NCBI GenBank assembly: GCA_965365535.1
Contig: CBDUCD010000002.1
Span: 1-35,132, forward strand
DNA from: an uncultured Rhodothermales bacterium
GTDB lineage: Bacteria > Bacteroidota > Rhodothermia > Rhodothermales > BA12
Length of the DNA stretch: 35,132 nt
Direction of reading: 5' to 3'
Shown here: positions 1 to 10,062 of the stretch, piece by piece
Layout of the letters: each line of letters starts with the position of its first letter
Numbering within the stretch: position 1 is the stretch's first letter
Translations under genes and position numbers: made by a program
The notes under the pieces: model-generated
What the model saw: the letters and a program-made list of their open reading frames with translations, nothing else
The model's database searches: none
Told to the model about the DNA's origin: nothing

Positions 1-1
1 T

Positions 2-49
2 CTCAACCCCCACCGCCCGGCCTTCAACGTGGGCGTGCTGCAGACGTGA
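2..49 (+). CDS. 3' end of an upstream gene running in from outside the window (LNPHRPAFNVGVLQT-stop)
   Basis: Open frame from the window edge, all third positions G/C, TGA at 47-49. Too short to identify. Confidence 0.4.
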   Translation, partial: LNPHRPAFNVGVLQT

Positions 50-122
50 CGGCGCGAGGATCGAGATCGGGGCCGTACCGTTGCCTACCGGAGCCAGCTT
101 AAGTCAGATAAGAGTGCCTGCC

Positions 123-1631
123 ATGATTCCAACTCGATTCGCAGTGCTCGTATTCAGCCTGTTGCCGGCGCTTCCGGCGGCGGCACAGACGCCTTCGCCC
201 GCCGCCCCCCCAGCCGGGTGGCCTGCCCCTGTAGCTGTCGAGGGGCTCGGGGCAACCGCGTTTCCCAACTCGGGCGCGCCAGAGGCCCAGGAAGCGTTTC
301 TGCGGGGCGTGCTGCTGCTCCACAGCTTCGAGTTCGGCCCGGCGGCCAGGGCGTTCCGGGCTGCACAGGCCGCCGACCCCGACTTTGCGCTCGCCTACTG
401 GGGCGAGGCCATGACGTACAACCACCCGCTCTGGCGGCAGCAGGACTCCACGCGGGCGTGGGCCGCGCTGAGACGTCTGGCGCCCACTCCGTCGGCACGC
501 CGGGCGCTGGCGCTTACCGAGCGAGAGCGGCTCTACCTCGACGCCGTCGAAACGCTCTACGGTGGGGCCGGCACAAAGCACGACCGCGACCGGGCCTACA
601 TGGACGCCATGGCAAGCCTGCTCGACCGTTACCCGCTTGACGACGAGGCGCGCGCCTTTTACGCCCTCGCCATTCTCGGCACCGCCGATGGCAGCCGCGA
701 TTTTGCCACCTACATGCGCGCTGCCGCCGCCGCGCAGCCCGTCTTTGCGCGCAACCCGCAGCACCCGGGCGCAGCGCACTACATCATCCACTCTTTCGAC
801 GACCCTATCCACGCGCCGCTCGGGTTGCCTGCCGCTGAGGCGTACGCCGACATCGCGCCCCGCGCGGCGCACGCTCAGCACATGACCTCCCACATCTTTG
901 TCGCCCTTGGCCTCTGGCAGCGCGTCGTCGAGGCTAACATACGTGCCCGCGACACGCAGGACGCCGAACTGGCCGAGGCGGGCGAGCGGCCCAACGTCTG
1001 CGGTCATTACGCCGCCTGGCTGCACTATGGATACCTGCAACAGGGGCAGGAAGCCGAAGCGGATACGCTTATGGATGCGTGCCATGCGCGGGTGCTGGAA
1101 GCGGCAAACGCGGGCGAGTGGGCGTACTTCGCCGCGATGCGCGCCCGGCACGTCGTCGATACCGAGCGCTGGGCGCTTGCCCGTCGCTGGGCCGTGCCCC
1201 TAGAGGCTATTCCGGCAGGTACAGGCAGCGAGGGCTACGGCGAGGCGGACCTCATCTACCGGCTCACCGACGCCCTGGCAGCCCTGAAACAGGGCGATAC
1301 CCGGCCCGCACGGACCCTGGTGGCCGGCCCGCGCCCCACCGCCGCCGGCGCGGCCCTCCAGGTGGATGCGCTGGCGGGCTTGGTAGCGCTGCACGACGGA
1401 CAGGCCGACGCGGGGCTGGCGCTGCTCCGACAGGCGGCGGCCGCCGAAGAAGCGTTGCCCCTCGAATACGGTCCTCCTCCAACCGTCAAGCCCACGCACG
1501 AACTGCTGGCCGAGGCCCTCGCGGCCCAGGGCCACCAGGCAGAGGCCGCCGAAGTCTTGCGCCACGCCGTAGACCGCACGCCTGGTCGTAACCCCGCCGT
1601 GCGCCGCCTCGCCGAGGTCGGTGAACGCTGA
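123..1631 (+). CDS. Secreted TPR-like alpha-helical repeat protein
   Basis: ATG at 123 gives a Sec signal peptide (MIPTRFAVLVFSLLPALPAAA-Q). TPR-like segments (AFRAAQAADPDFALAYWGEAM) and His-rich motifs HPGAAHYIIHSFD and HAQHMTSHIF. Confidence 0.8.
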   Translation: MIPTRFAVLVFSLLPALPAAAQTPSPAAPPAGWPAPVAVEGLGATAFPNSGAPEAQEAFLRGVLLLHSFEFGPAARAFRAAQAADPDFALAYWGEAMTYNHPLWRQQDSTRAWAALRRLAPTPSARRALALTERERLYLDAVETLYGGAGTKHDRDRAYMDAMASLLDRYPLDDEARAFYALAILGTADGSRDFATYMRAAAAAQPVFARNPQHPGAAHYIIHSFDDPIHAPLGLPAAEAYADIAPRAAHAQHMTSHIFVALGLWQRVVEANIRARDTQDAELAEAGERPNVCGHYAAWLHYGYLQQGQEAEADTLMDACHARVLEAANAGEWAYFAAMRARHVVDTERWALARRWAVPLEAIPAGTGSEGYGEADLIYRLTDALAALKQGDTRPARTLVAGPRPTAAGAALQVDALAGLVALHDGQADAGLALLRQAAAAEEALPLEYGPPPTVKPTHELLAEALAAQGHQAEAAEVLRHAVDRTPGRNPAVRRLAEVGER

Positions 1632-1685
1632 GACGCTCGGTCCTTTTTGCGCGTGGCTTTTCCGCTCAGCCCGCACCGCTACCCC

Positions 1686-2726
1686 ATGCCCCGCGTCCTC
1701 CTTTTTTCCGCGCTGCTGCTCGCGGCCTGCTCGTCCAGCCGGCCCGCGCCTGCCGACCCGGCGGCGCCCGTCGCCGTCGAAATCGTCGAGACGGGCACCG
1801 ATGCCCTGCTCGTAAGTGTGGACGCCGCGCCCGGCGTGCTGTGGACGGCGGGGACGGGCGGCACGTGGGGCCGCTCGCGCGACGGCGGGCGCACGTGGAC
1901 GGTGGGCACCGTGCCCGGCGCCGACACGCTCCAGTTCCGCGATGTCGAGGCGTTTTCGCCCCACGAGGCCGCCCTTCTCAGCATCGGGCCGGGCGCGGCC
2001 AGCCGCATCTACACCACGGACGACGCCGGCGCCACGTGGGCGCTGCGCTGGACGAATGCCGACGGCGACGCCTTTTACGACTGCATGGCCTTTTTCGACC
2101 GGCAGCACGGCTTCGCCTTTTCCGACGCCGTGGGGCTGCGCCTGCCCCTTGTCGAGACGCGGGACGGCGGCAGGGTGTGGACGCCTGTCGAAGAAAGCCG
2201 CGTGCCCGCCGCGCGCCCCGGCGAAGGCGGCTACGCGTCGTCGGGCACCTGCGCCGTGGCGGACGGGCAGCGGGGCTGGATCGTCACGAATGGCGGCGAC
2301 GGCCCCGACCGCGTGTTCTCGACAGGGGATGGCGGCGCGACGTGGCAGGTGTCCACCACGCCCATCGCCTCCGGCGATAGCGGGCGCGGGCTGTCCACGC
2401 TTGCCGTCGCCCGAGACGGGCTGCGCGCCGGGCTGCTGGGCGCCGTCGAGGGCGTGAACCTGCTGCGGCTGGACGCGGCGCCGGGCGCGGCCTGGCAGCG
2501 CGACGGCGCCACGACGGCGGACGCGGTGTACGGGCTGGCCGCCGTGCCCGGCGGCCCCAACGCGACGGCGCACGTCGCCGTCGGGCCGGGCGGGCTCGAC
2601 GTGCAGCGGCCCGGCGGCGCGTGGCAGCACCTGTCGGACAGCGTGCTGTGGGGCGTCGCGGCGGTGGGCAGGGGGAGGGCCGTAGCCGTCGGGCGCGACG
2701 GGCGCGTGGCGATTGTCAGGTTCTGA
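1686..2726 (+). CDS. Lipoprotein with BNR/Asp-box repeats (Ycf48/sialidase-like beta-propeller)
   Basis: ATG at 1686; lipobox LLLAAC. Four Asp-box repeats: SRDGGRTW, TDDAGATW, TRDGGRVW, TGDGGATW. Confidence 0.85.
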   Translation: MPRVLLFSALLLAACSSSRPAPADPAAPVAVEIVETGTDALLVSVDAAPGVLWTAGTGGTWGRSRDGGRTWTVGTVPGADTLQFRDVEAFSPHEAALLSIGPGAASRIYTTDDAGATWALRWTNADGDAFYDCMAFFDRQHGFAFSDAVGLRLPLVETRDGGRVWTPVEESRVPAARPGEGGYASSGTCAVADGQRGWIVTNGGDGPDRVFSTGDGGATWQVSTTPIASGDSGRGLSTLAVARDGLRAGLLGAVEGVNLLRLDAAPGAAWQRDGATTADAVYGLAAVPGGPNATAHVAVGPGGLDVQRPGGAWQHLSDSVLWGVAAVGRGRAVAVGRDGRVAIVRF

Positions 2727-2846
2727 CGGGCGCGCTCGGGCCGGGGCAGGGCAGCATCTGGATACGTTTCGGCCTGTCGGGCGCCGGGAGGGGTGCCTAT
2801 CTTCCGCCGCCGCCCGGCCATTCGTCCCCTCTCGCCACCCCGCTGT

Positions 2847-5801
2847 ATGCCCCGTTTCATCCTGCTTGCTGCCCTGCTGCTGGGCGCCGCCCCGGCCTCG
2901 GCCCAGTCCAGCCTGGACGTGACGCTGCTCGACCTCTACACCCGCGCGCCCCTGGGCGGGCTGGACGTGCGCGTCGAAAACAGGCAGATCGGCTTTGCGC
3001 GGATGGGCACGACCGATAGCGGCGGGCGCGTCCACTTCGACGGGCTTTCGACGGCCGGCGCCTACACCATCGTCGTGCCCGCCTCGGAGGGGTACTACGA
3101 GCAGACGGCGGGCGATTTGCGGCTGCGCGCCAACGCCACGCGCGCCCTCGTCCTCCAGATGATCCCCCTCACGACGATTGACCTGGAAGGCGTCGAGATC
3201 TCGGCCAGCCGCTTTGCCGAGCTCAACCGCACCAATGCCGAGGTAAGCGCCACGCTCACGCCGCGCGAAATCCAGGATCTGCCCGTCGAGGGGCGCGACC
3301 TGACGCGGGCGCTCTACCGCCTGCCGGGCGTGACGCAGGCGACGGGGTTTTATCCCGAGGCGCCCAACGTCAGCGTGAATGGCGCCAACAGCCTGTTCGT
3401 CAATTACCTCATTGATGGGCTCGACAACAACGACCAGTTTCTGGGCGGCCAGCGCTTTGCCGTGCCCCTGGGCTTCGTGCAGGACGTGACGGTGCTCACC
3501 AACAACTTCTCGACCGAGTTCGGGCGCACGGGCAACGGCGTCTTCAACGTGACCACGAAGTCGGGCTCGAATGCCTTCGAGGGCGAGGCCTTTTACCTCA
3601 CGCGCCCCGGCCCCGCCCTCGACGGCGACGCGCAGTTTGCGCAGCGCGACCTGCTGGGCAACCCCGTCAAAGAGGGCTTTGCCCGCCACCAGCTGGGCGT
3701 GGGCGTGGGCGGCCCCCTCAGGCGCGACCAGACGTTTTTCTACGCCAACGTCGAGCAGACCTTCGACACCAAGGACAACCTGCTCAACGTGCCCGAGCTG
3801 GGCGTGGCCGAAACGGTGCGCGGCTACAACCAGACGACGTACGCCTCGGCCCGCGTGGACCAGCGGTGGTCGCAGGCCCTCCGGTCGGCGCTGCGTGTGA
3901 ATGTGGGCTTTGTGGCCAACGACCGGCAGGGTGGCGGGCTGGACGGCGGCGTGCTGTTCCCCTCGGCGGCCAGCGCGCAGGTGCGCAGCAGCGTGAACGC
4001 CGCCCTCACGAACACCTACACGCGCGGGCGCCTGCTTGTCGAGAGCAACTACCTGTATGGCCGCTTCCGCTGGGATTACGCCCGGCCCGACGGGCCAGAC
4101 CGCCCGCAGACCGTCGTCGTCGGCCCGAATGACCAGACGATTGCCATTCTCGGGCATCCGGGCTACGTGTTCGACAGCCACCAGCACACGTTTCAGACGC
4201 AGCAGAAAGTGACCGTCGGCGTGGGCGCGCACCGCCTCAAGGCCGGCCTCGACCTGCTCGCCACGGATCACAGCCTGTACGGCGGCGGCAACCCGGCGGG
4301 CAACTACACCGTGAAGCTGACCGCGGCGCAGGTGGACGCCCTCCGGGGGCGCGGCGACGCCCTCGACGTGGCCGACATCCCCGCCACTGCCGAGGTGCTC
4401 CGCTACAGCGTCGAACTCCAGCCCAAGAGCTACGGCGTCTGGCAGCGGCTTTACGCCTTTTACGTCGAAGACGCCTGGACGCCCACCTCGAAGCTGACGC
4501 TTACGCTCGGGCTGCGCTACGACTACGACAACCTCTCGCGCGGCGGCAGCAGCCGCGCCGACGGCGACAACGTGGCGCCGCGCCTGTCCTTCAACTACGG
4601 GCTGGACGCGCGCAGCGTCGTGCGGGGCGGCTACGGCATCTTCTACGACAAAATCGTCTATTCCGTCTATTCCGACGCCCTCCAGCAAAACACGGCCACG
4701 CCCGGCTACCGCGACCAGCTGGGGCAGCTCGTCGCGAAGGGGATTCTCCCCGCCGACACCGACCTCGACCGCGTCACGTTCGACGGGAATGCGACGGCGG
4801 ATTTCACGTCGGGCATCACCTACCTCAACGGCCCCACGCCCGCCCAGGTCGAGGCGAATCGGGCGGGCATCTCCTTTTACGAGCGGCGCATCCTCAACCC
4901 GGACGGCTACCAGAACCCGCTTACGCACCAGGCGTCGCTGGGCTACCAGCGCCAGCTCGACGCGCGCACGCTGTTCTACACCGACGTGGTCTTTACGCGC
5001 TCGTACAACCTGTTGCGGCTGCGCAACCTGAACGCGCCCGCGCCTTTCAGCTATCAGGGCGTCGAGGGTGCCGCCGACGTGCGCCTGCCCGCCCAGGCCG
5101 ACGCCACGCGGCCCATCGCGCAGCAGCCCGGCGGCGCCCTCAACATCGTGATGACCGAGAGCGGCGGCCACGCCGAGTACCGGGCGGTGATGTTCAACCT
5201 CGTCCGCGAGCGGCAGACGGGCGATCCGTTCGCGTACCGGCTTTCGTACACGCTATCGCGCCTGCGCAACGACACCGAAGACATCAACTTCCGCGCGATG
5301 GACGCCAACGACTTCCGCGCCGAGTGGGGGCCGAGCATCAACGACCGCACGCACGTGCTGAACGGCATCGTGTACTGGGCGCCCGCCCGCCCCCTCACCG
5401 TCAGCCTCGCCGCCCTGCTCCAGAGCGGCCAGCCCATCAACCGCATCCCGGATGCCGCCGTTTTCGGCACGACCGACCTCAACGGCGACGGGCGTTCGTT
5501 TGGCGACGCGTACGTGGGCAACTCCGACCGGCAGCCCGGCGAACGCCGCAACTCCGACCGCCTGCCGTGGTCGAGCACCTTCGACGTGGGCGTGCAGTAC
5601 GCCGTGCCGTTCGCGGGCCAGAGCGTCGAGGTGCGCGCCGACATCTTCAACGTGTTCGACGCGCAGAACCTGAGCGGCTACGCCAACAACGCCACCCAGA
5701 GCAACCAGGTGCAGGTGGGCCCGGCGAATTCGGGCCTGCTCGTGCGCCGCAACGCCGGCGCCCCGCGCCAATTCCAGTTCGGCCTGCGGGTGGTGTTTTG
5801 A
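2847..5801 (+). CDS. TonB-dependent receptor, Oar-like, with N-terminal carboxypeptidase-regulatory-like domain
   Basis: Signal peptide MPRFILLAALLLGAAPASA. Plug motifs (NYLIDGLDNND, EFGRTGNGVFNVTTKSGSN), barrel motifs (LTLTLGLRYDY, APRLSFNY), C-terminal PRQFQFGLRVVF ending in Phe. Confidence 0.93.
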   Translation: MPRFILLAALLLGAAPASAQSSLDVTLLDLYTRAPLGGLDVRVENRQIGFARMGTTDSGGRVHFDGLSTAGAYTIVVPASEGYYEQTAGDLRLRANATRALVLQMIPLTTIDLEGVEISASRFAELNRTNAEVSATLTPREIQDLPVEGRDLTRALYRLPGVTQATGFYPEAPNVSVNGANSLFVNYLIDGLDNNDQFLGGQRFAVPLGFVQDVTVLTNNFSTEFGRTGNGVFNVTTKSGSNAFEGEAFYLTRPGPALDGDAQFAQRDLLGNPVKEGFARHQLGVGVGGPLRRDQTFFYANVEQTFDTKDNLLNVPELGVAETVRGYNQTTYASARVDQRWSQALRSALRVNVGFVANDRQGGGLDGGVLFPSAASAQVRSSVNAALTNTYTRGRLLVESNYLYGRFRWDYARPDGPDRPQTVVVGPNDQTIAILGHPGYVFDSHQHTFQTQQKVTVGVGAHRLKAGLDLLATDHSLYGGGNPAGNYTVKLTAAQVDALRGRGDALDVADIPATAEVLRYSVELQPKSYGVWQRLYAFYVEDAWTPTSKLTLTLGLRYDYDNLSRGGSSRADGDNVAPRLSFNYGLDARSVVRGGYGIFYDKIVYSVYSDALQQNTATPGYRDQLGQLVAKGILPADTDLDRVTFDGNATADFTSGITYLNGPTPAQVEANRAGISFYERRILNPDGYQNPLTHQASLGYQRQLDARTLFYTDVVFTRSYNLLRLRNLNAPAPFSYQGVEGAADVRLPAQADATRPIAQQPGGALNIVMTESGGHAEYRAVMFNLVRERQTGDPFAYRLSYTLSRLRNDTEDINFRAMDANDFRAEWGPSINDRTHVLNGIVYWAPARPLTVSLAALLQSGQPINRIPDAAVFGTTDLNGDGRSFGDAYVGNSDRQPGERRNSDRLPWSSTFDVGVQYAVPFAGQSVEVRADIFNVFDAQNLSGYANNATQSNQVQVGPANSGLLVRRNAGAPRQFQFGLRVVF

Positions 5802-5956
5802 GGAATGTCGAACGCAGCGAGGGTCGGATGATGGCGATTGAAACTGTAGGCTCCTGCCTTTGCTCATCCGCTTGCCCTACTCCCGGTCGAAAGGATGGGA
5901 CCTTGATTACGCGATGGTTTCGAGCAGCAATTATGCCCAGTCGGTTCTAAGGCTAC

Positions 5957-8900
5957 TCAGCGTACGAGATGGAGCGACAGCGTTTGTGTGCGTGTGCCAG
6001 TGCCTGTGGTAACCATGGCGCGCACGAAGTACAGTCCTGCGCTGTGTGTTGACAGGTCGAGCATAAGGTGTGTTTCGCCCGCACCGAGCACCGCCGTCGG
6101 GTAGCGTTCCACGCGGCGTCCGAGGGCATCATAGACTTCGACTGCTGCCTCGCCTGATGCACGAAGGGAGATAGACAGTGTCACCACGCCGGACGAGAGC
6201 GAAGGATAGAGATGCACGGTGAGCGCCTCGGGCAGGCTTTGCACTTCTTCCTGAACACGAAGCGCTGGATCCCACGTCTCCTGCGTGTCCAGTGTGCGCA
6301 GAACTTCGGTGGCGTCGCGTTCTCGTCCTAGCGCTCCCAAGCTTGCTGCGCGAGCCAGAACCCCCTCGACCGGATCTTCCGTCTGTGCACTTTGAGCCAG
6401 TGCTTCTTCGTAGCGTCCTTGCTGAACGAGCGCTGCCAGTGCAGGGATGGGTTCCTCGTATGGCCGAACATATGCTTCGCACGTCGAAGCCTTACACGGA
6501 AGCGTCAGTGTGAGGTTGGGATTTGACCCTAGGTATGGCCAATAGGTCACCGCGCCGTAAAAGGCGTTTGGAGAAGGAGGAGCGAATCCCCACCAGTTCT
6601 GGATAGCGTCGACGGTAAACGAGCTACCCGTGAGTGTTTTCGCTGCGTCATACACCAACGCGCGCCCATCGTCATCGTAAATGGCGTTGTATCCGCCCGT
6701 AGCAACGGTGCCCAGATAGGCCCGCGCCGAGGTCGATTCCATGAGGTAGATTTCATAGCCACCATTGTCATGGATGGTATTGCGTGACGCACTTGCCATT
6801 GAGATCGACGCTGCGTAGCCGACGTAAACTCCATGCCCCGCGTTCTGCATGACCGTGTTGCGGCGGAAAACAGAGACGGTTCCTCCGTAAACGTAGACGG
6901 CTGTGCCATTGCCCATCCAGACACTGTCGTAGATGCGGATGTCGGGCGCCCGCAGTTGGAGTGCGTATGCACCGCCGGTAAAGCGCGCTTGCTGAAACAC
7001 GCTGCCTGCGCCATACACGAGCACGCCAGACCATTGCGCTGCCGTAGTACCCTCAAAAAACACCGGTGCGATGGCCGTCCCCAGCACCTGTACCTGCTTA
7101 TCAAACCGGATGCGCGCGCCTCGACCCAGTTTGAAATGAACATCGGACTGCACCGTTACTGGCCCGCTGAAGGTCACGGTTACGTAGTCGCTAACCGTGA
7201 CCACGGTACCCGAAGCAAAGGTGCCGCCCGGAACGGTTTGAGAAAAAGTGTAAGTTGGGTTGGGCTGCGGCAGGGCGTGCAGTTCGGCTTTCAGAAAGTC
7301 GGCGATGCCACGCGTGAGGAAGACGTGCTCCTGGCTTTCGCGCGATTCTCCCACAGCATCGCCAGCAAGGTATGACCGGGCAAAGGGCGAGCGCGTAACT
7401 CGGATGGCAGGGCTGTCCTGAAGCACATTGTGCGTCAGGTTTTGCGCGGTGAACAGGTTCTGTACAAAAGAGCCGCGCGTCTGCACCGTCGTGTTGTAGT
7501 CGAGCGCACTTACCGTGTGGACAAAGGCGTGATGGTAGGCGGGGGCCGTGAGATGGAGCCGGATCACCATAGGGTCTTCCTGCGCGAGAACCATCCCGAT
7601 GATGGGCTGGATAAGTGCGGCGAATTGAAACCGGGATACGCGGCGAAACACTTCCTCCCACGTCAGGCCTGCCCCGCGCAACGAGTCGAGTTCCTGCACG
7701 AGATCTCGGGTGGTCGTGCGGTAGCCACCTGGCGCGCTGCTGTACGGGCGTGCTTCACCCAGTACCCACTGGCTACCATCGAAGTAGTCGCTATCACGGC
7801 AGAGGGTGCCACAGGCATAGTCGCTCCGGGCATAAACGGTAGAGCGTTGTCCCATGGCGGGCGCGGCCCGCGCGGTTGTCACCATCTTCCAGTGGCCGAC
7901 GAGCCATGCTTCAATTTCAGAGGTGAGCAGGGTTTCACCGGGCAGGAGCCGGTCGCCGGGCGCGTCTGCTTCGAGTTGGTCGAGAGCAGCCGGGGAGCCG
8001 TTAACAACAGCTACGTTGCGCGACTGCGCAGGGTAATCGCCGACGGCCATCAAGTCGCTGTACAATCGTGCCTTGAGCACATCGTGGGTAAAGGTGAAAG
8101 CGGTTGAATTGGCAGTAAAAGATGCTTCAAAGGCATTGAAAACCAGAAGTTGCCGCACTGCAGGCGCGCGCAGCACGCCCTCAGCAACGCTTGTGAAGTC
8201 ACCCATTGAGAGGTCAAGCACCAGCCCGAAGACGCTGTGGTGGAGAATGTCGTCCACCAGTTGCTGCACGCCGATGGGGATGTGTCCTCCCTGCTGCGCA
8301 CCGTCGTATGAAACGAAAAGTGGCACATGGTGTGGGCGCCTCGTGGACTCCATCCACGCCAGAGCATACCGCGCGACGATGCCACCAAGACTCGGCCCGA
8401 CGACGGCCTGGATAGACCCGCCCGGCGCCAGGTTAGCGTTGACATACGCGATGAAGTGCGCCAGCGCCAGTCCATTGCGCTGGATAAAGTCGAGCGAGTT
8501 GCCGTAGTCGAAGATGACGACATCGTACCCCTCAGCCAGCAGTTCAATGCCCATGTTGACGCTGTCACGGTTGAGCAGTCGGTTGAAGATGTCGGCCGGG
8601 GTGCGGGCATTGCCGAATCCGGTACCTACGTCGAGGCCGTCCGTGACGATGATGGGACGGTGCAGCTTGCCCGTCGTGTTTCCCGCGCCGAAATAAATGG
8701 CGTAACGGTAAGGGGCGCCCTTGACGCCATCGAACGCTTGGAGGCGGGGGTTAGAGCCCGGTTCGTAGTAGGATGCATCGTAGGTGAATGTGCTCATCAC
8801 TGAGTCAACCATCACATCGGGGCAGCGCCACGTACTCGTGGTCTGGCAAGGCGCACGAGCCGGCGCCACCTCAAGGGGGACCGCGAGCGTTGTGGCTGCG

Positions 8901-9463
8901 TGCCCAGGCATGGCGATTGTAACAACTACCATTTGGGTGCCGGGCCTATCGAAGTGCACTCTGAGGGGCTCTCCTGGAATCATGCGCCGCACGTCGCTGC
9001 TACCTTCTACATTGAGCCACACGTTTGCGTCGCCTGCATCAATAATCAAGGCTGGATCGACCACAAGAGAGAATGGGGCGCCTGCTACAGCGACGCGTGC
9101 CTCCGGTGCGTCGAGAAAGGACGCTTCGAGACGTCCCTCTTCGCGAAGGATTGCAAGGGGAAGCGTGTGAGATGCATGCCAGTAGGCTGCGCGAGAGGCA
9201 ACTGCCCAGGGGGCAGCGTCGTCTCCCGCGATGCCCGAACGCAGGTGCCAAGAAGCATGGCGAAGCCGCCACCCCCGGCCGGTAAGTCCTCGATCCAGAT
9301 CCCTGTTAGAACCGGCTGACTTTGCCTCTGCAGACAGGTCATAGTGTTCGGTGGGCACTTTGGCGCGGAGCGCATCATAGGCGGCGCGCCAGGGAATAGG
9401 CTGTTGAGCCCTAGCGGGCAGCGGCAATAGCGCTGCGAGCAGGAGTAGATAGAGAGGTCGCAT
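5957..9463 (-). CDS. Large secreted alpha/beta-hydrolase (lipase/PGAP1-like) with parallel beta-helix region and T9SS type A sorting domain
   Basis: Signal peptide MRPLYLLLLAALLPLPARA-Q from ATG 9463 (alternative 9499). Nucleophile elbow VVGPSLGGIVARYAL, RPIIVTDGLD, SQEHVFLT. Beta-helix-like repeats ending AIQNWWG. CTD with YPS...VEVYDALGRRV...SAGLYFVR...LHLVR. Confidence 0.85.
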   Translation of the reverse strand: MRPLYLLLLAALLPLPARAQQPIPWRAAYDALRAKVPTEHYDLSAEAKSAGSNRDLDRGLTGRGWRLRHASWHLRSGIAGDDAAPWAVASRAAYWHASHTLPLAILREEGRLEASFLDAPEARVAVAGAPFSLVVDPALIIDAGDANVWLNVEGSSDVRRMIPGEPLRVHFDRPGTQMVVVTIAMPGHAATTLAVPLEVAPARAPCQTTSTWRCPDVMVDSVMSTFTYDASYYEPGSNPRLQAFDGVKGAPYRYAIYFGAGNTTGKLHRPIIVTDGLDVGTGFGNARTPADIFNRLLNRDSVNMGIELLAEGYDVVIFDYGNSLDFIQRNGLALAHFIAYVNANLAPGGSIQAVVGPSLGGIVARYALAWMESTRRPHHVPLFVSYDGAQQGGHIPIGVQQLVDDILHHSVFGLVLDLSMGDFTSVAEGVLRAPAVRQLLVFNAFEASFTANSTAFTFTHDVLKARLYSDLMAVGDYPAQSRNVAVVNGSPAALDQLEADAPGDRLLPGETLLTSEIEAWLVGHWKMVTTARAAPAMGQRSTVYARSDYACGTLCRDSDYFDGSQWVLGEARPYSSAPGGYRTTTRDLVQELDSLRGAGLTWEEVFRRVSRFQFAALIQPIIGMVLAQEDPMVIRLHLTAPAYHHAFVHTVSALDYNTTVQTRGSFVQNLFTAQNLTHNVLQDSPAIRVTRSPFARSYLAGDAVGESRESQEHVFLTRGIADFLKAELHALPQPNPTYTFSQTVPGGTFASGTVVTVSDYVTVTFSGPVTVQSDVHFKLGRGARIRFDKQVQVLGTAIAPVFFEGTTAAQWSGVLVYGAGSVFQQARFTGGAYALQLRAPDIRIYDSVWMGNGTAVYVYGGTVSVFRRNTVMQNAGHGVYVGYAASISMASASRNTIHDNGGYEIYLMESTSARAYLGTVATGGYNAIYDDDGRALVYDAAKTLTGSSFTVDAIQNWWGFAPPSPNAFYGAVTYWPYLGSNPNLTLTLPCKASTCEAYVRPYEEPIPALAALVQQGRYEEALAQSAQTEDPVEGVLARAASLGALGRERDATEVLRTLDTQETWDPALRVQEEVQSLPEALTVHLYPSLSSGVVTLSISLRASGEAAVEVYDALGRRVERYPTAVLGAGETHLMLDLSTHSAGLYFVRAMVTTGTGTRTQTLSLHLVR

Positions 9464-9543
9464 AAGTTTAGGGAGACAGCGAGGGCGCAACTTGCCCATG
9501 CTACCATGAGGTAGGGAAAGAGGAAGCAGATTTTGATCTTGCT

Positions 9544-10033
9544 TCAGAACGTGCCCAGCGTCAGATACACGGCTGGGTGAAAGCGGAGTCTTGTCATTAG
9601 GCCGTACTGACTATGCCACCTATCCAGCGCCAGCGACGGGCAGTATTCTCACGGTCACGCCTGCTTCGAGAGGAAGCGTCGGTTCGACCAGGAGTTCTCC
9701 CAAGAACCCGGCATCCTGCGTCTCGCCGAAGGACGCGGAGGCGCCCAAATCACCCGCGGCCCATAGTCGCAACTTGTTGTCTCGGCGTACTCTATAGGAT
9801 GCCCATGCTGATGCCGCCGGCCTGGGCGTCTCCGTCAGAGGGCATATGGCTCACACTCAGGTTGCCGCGCAAAGCAGACGCATTGGTTTGGCCAGGCAGC
9901 ACTAGAGACGAGGAAATGTTCGTGCGCAGGGGGCCTAAAGCTCCGCTCAACGAACCCCTGCCGGCTTTATGTGAGCGGCGGCTGTAGAAGCCACGGCCCC
10001 ACACACAAGAGTCAGCAAAAGAGAAAATCTCAT
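9544..10033 (-). pseudogene. Decayed small outer-membrane beta-barrel-like gene
   Basis: ATG 10033 gives signal peptide MRFSLLLTLVCGAVASTAAA. Pieces in shifted frames read ALRGNLSVSH...GGISMG, SYRV...LRLWAAGDLGASASF...LEAGVTVRILP, and RLRFHPAVYLTLGTF-stop (terminal Phe, TGA at 9546-9544). At least three frameshifts are needed to join them. Confidence 0.55.
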
Positions 10034-10062
10034 GGCAGGCTGAAGTAGAATAAATAAAATCA

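Noticed and set aside
1200-5171. 1323-aa minus-strand ORF
   Set aside because: Antisense shadow of three well-supported plus-strand genes. High GC3 suppresses stops on the opposite strand, and it has no motifs.
9613-9987. Plus-strand 124-aa and 68-aa ORFs in the 9.5-10 kb gap
   Set aside because: Opposite to the operon direction and not protein-like. Better explained as antisense to the decayed barrel gene.
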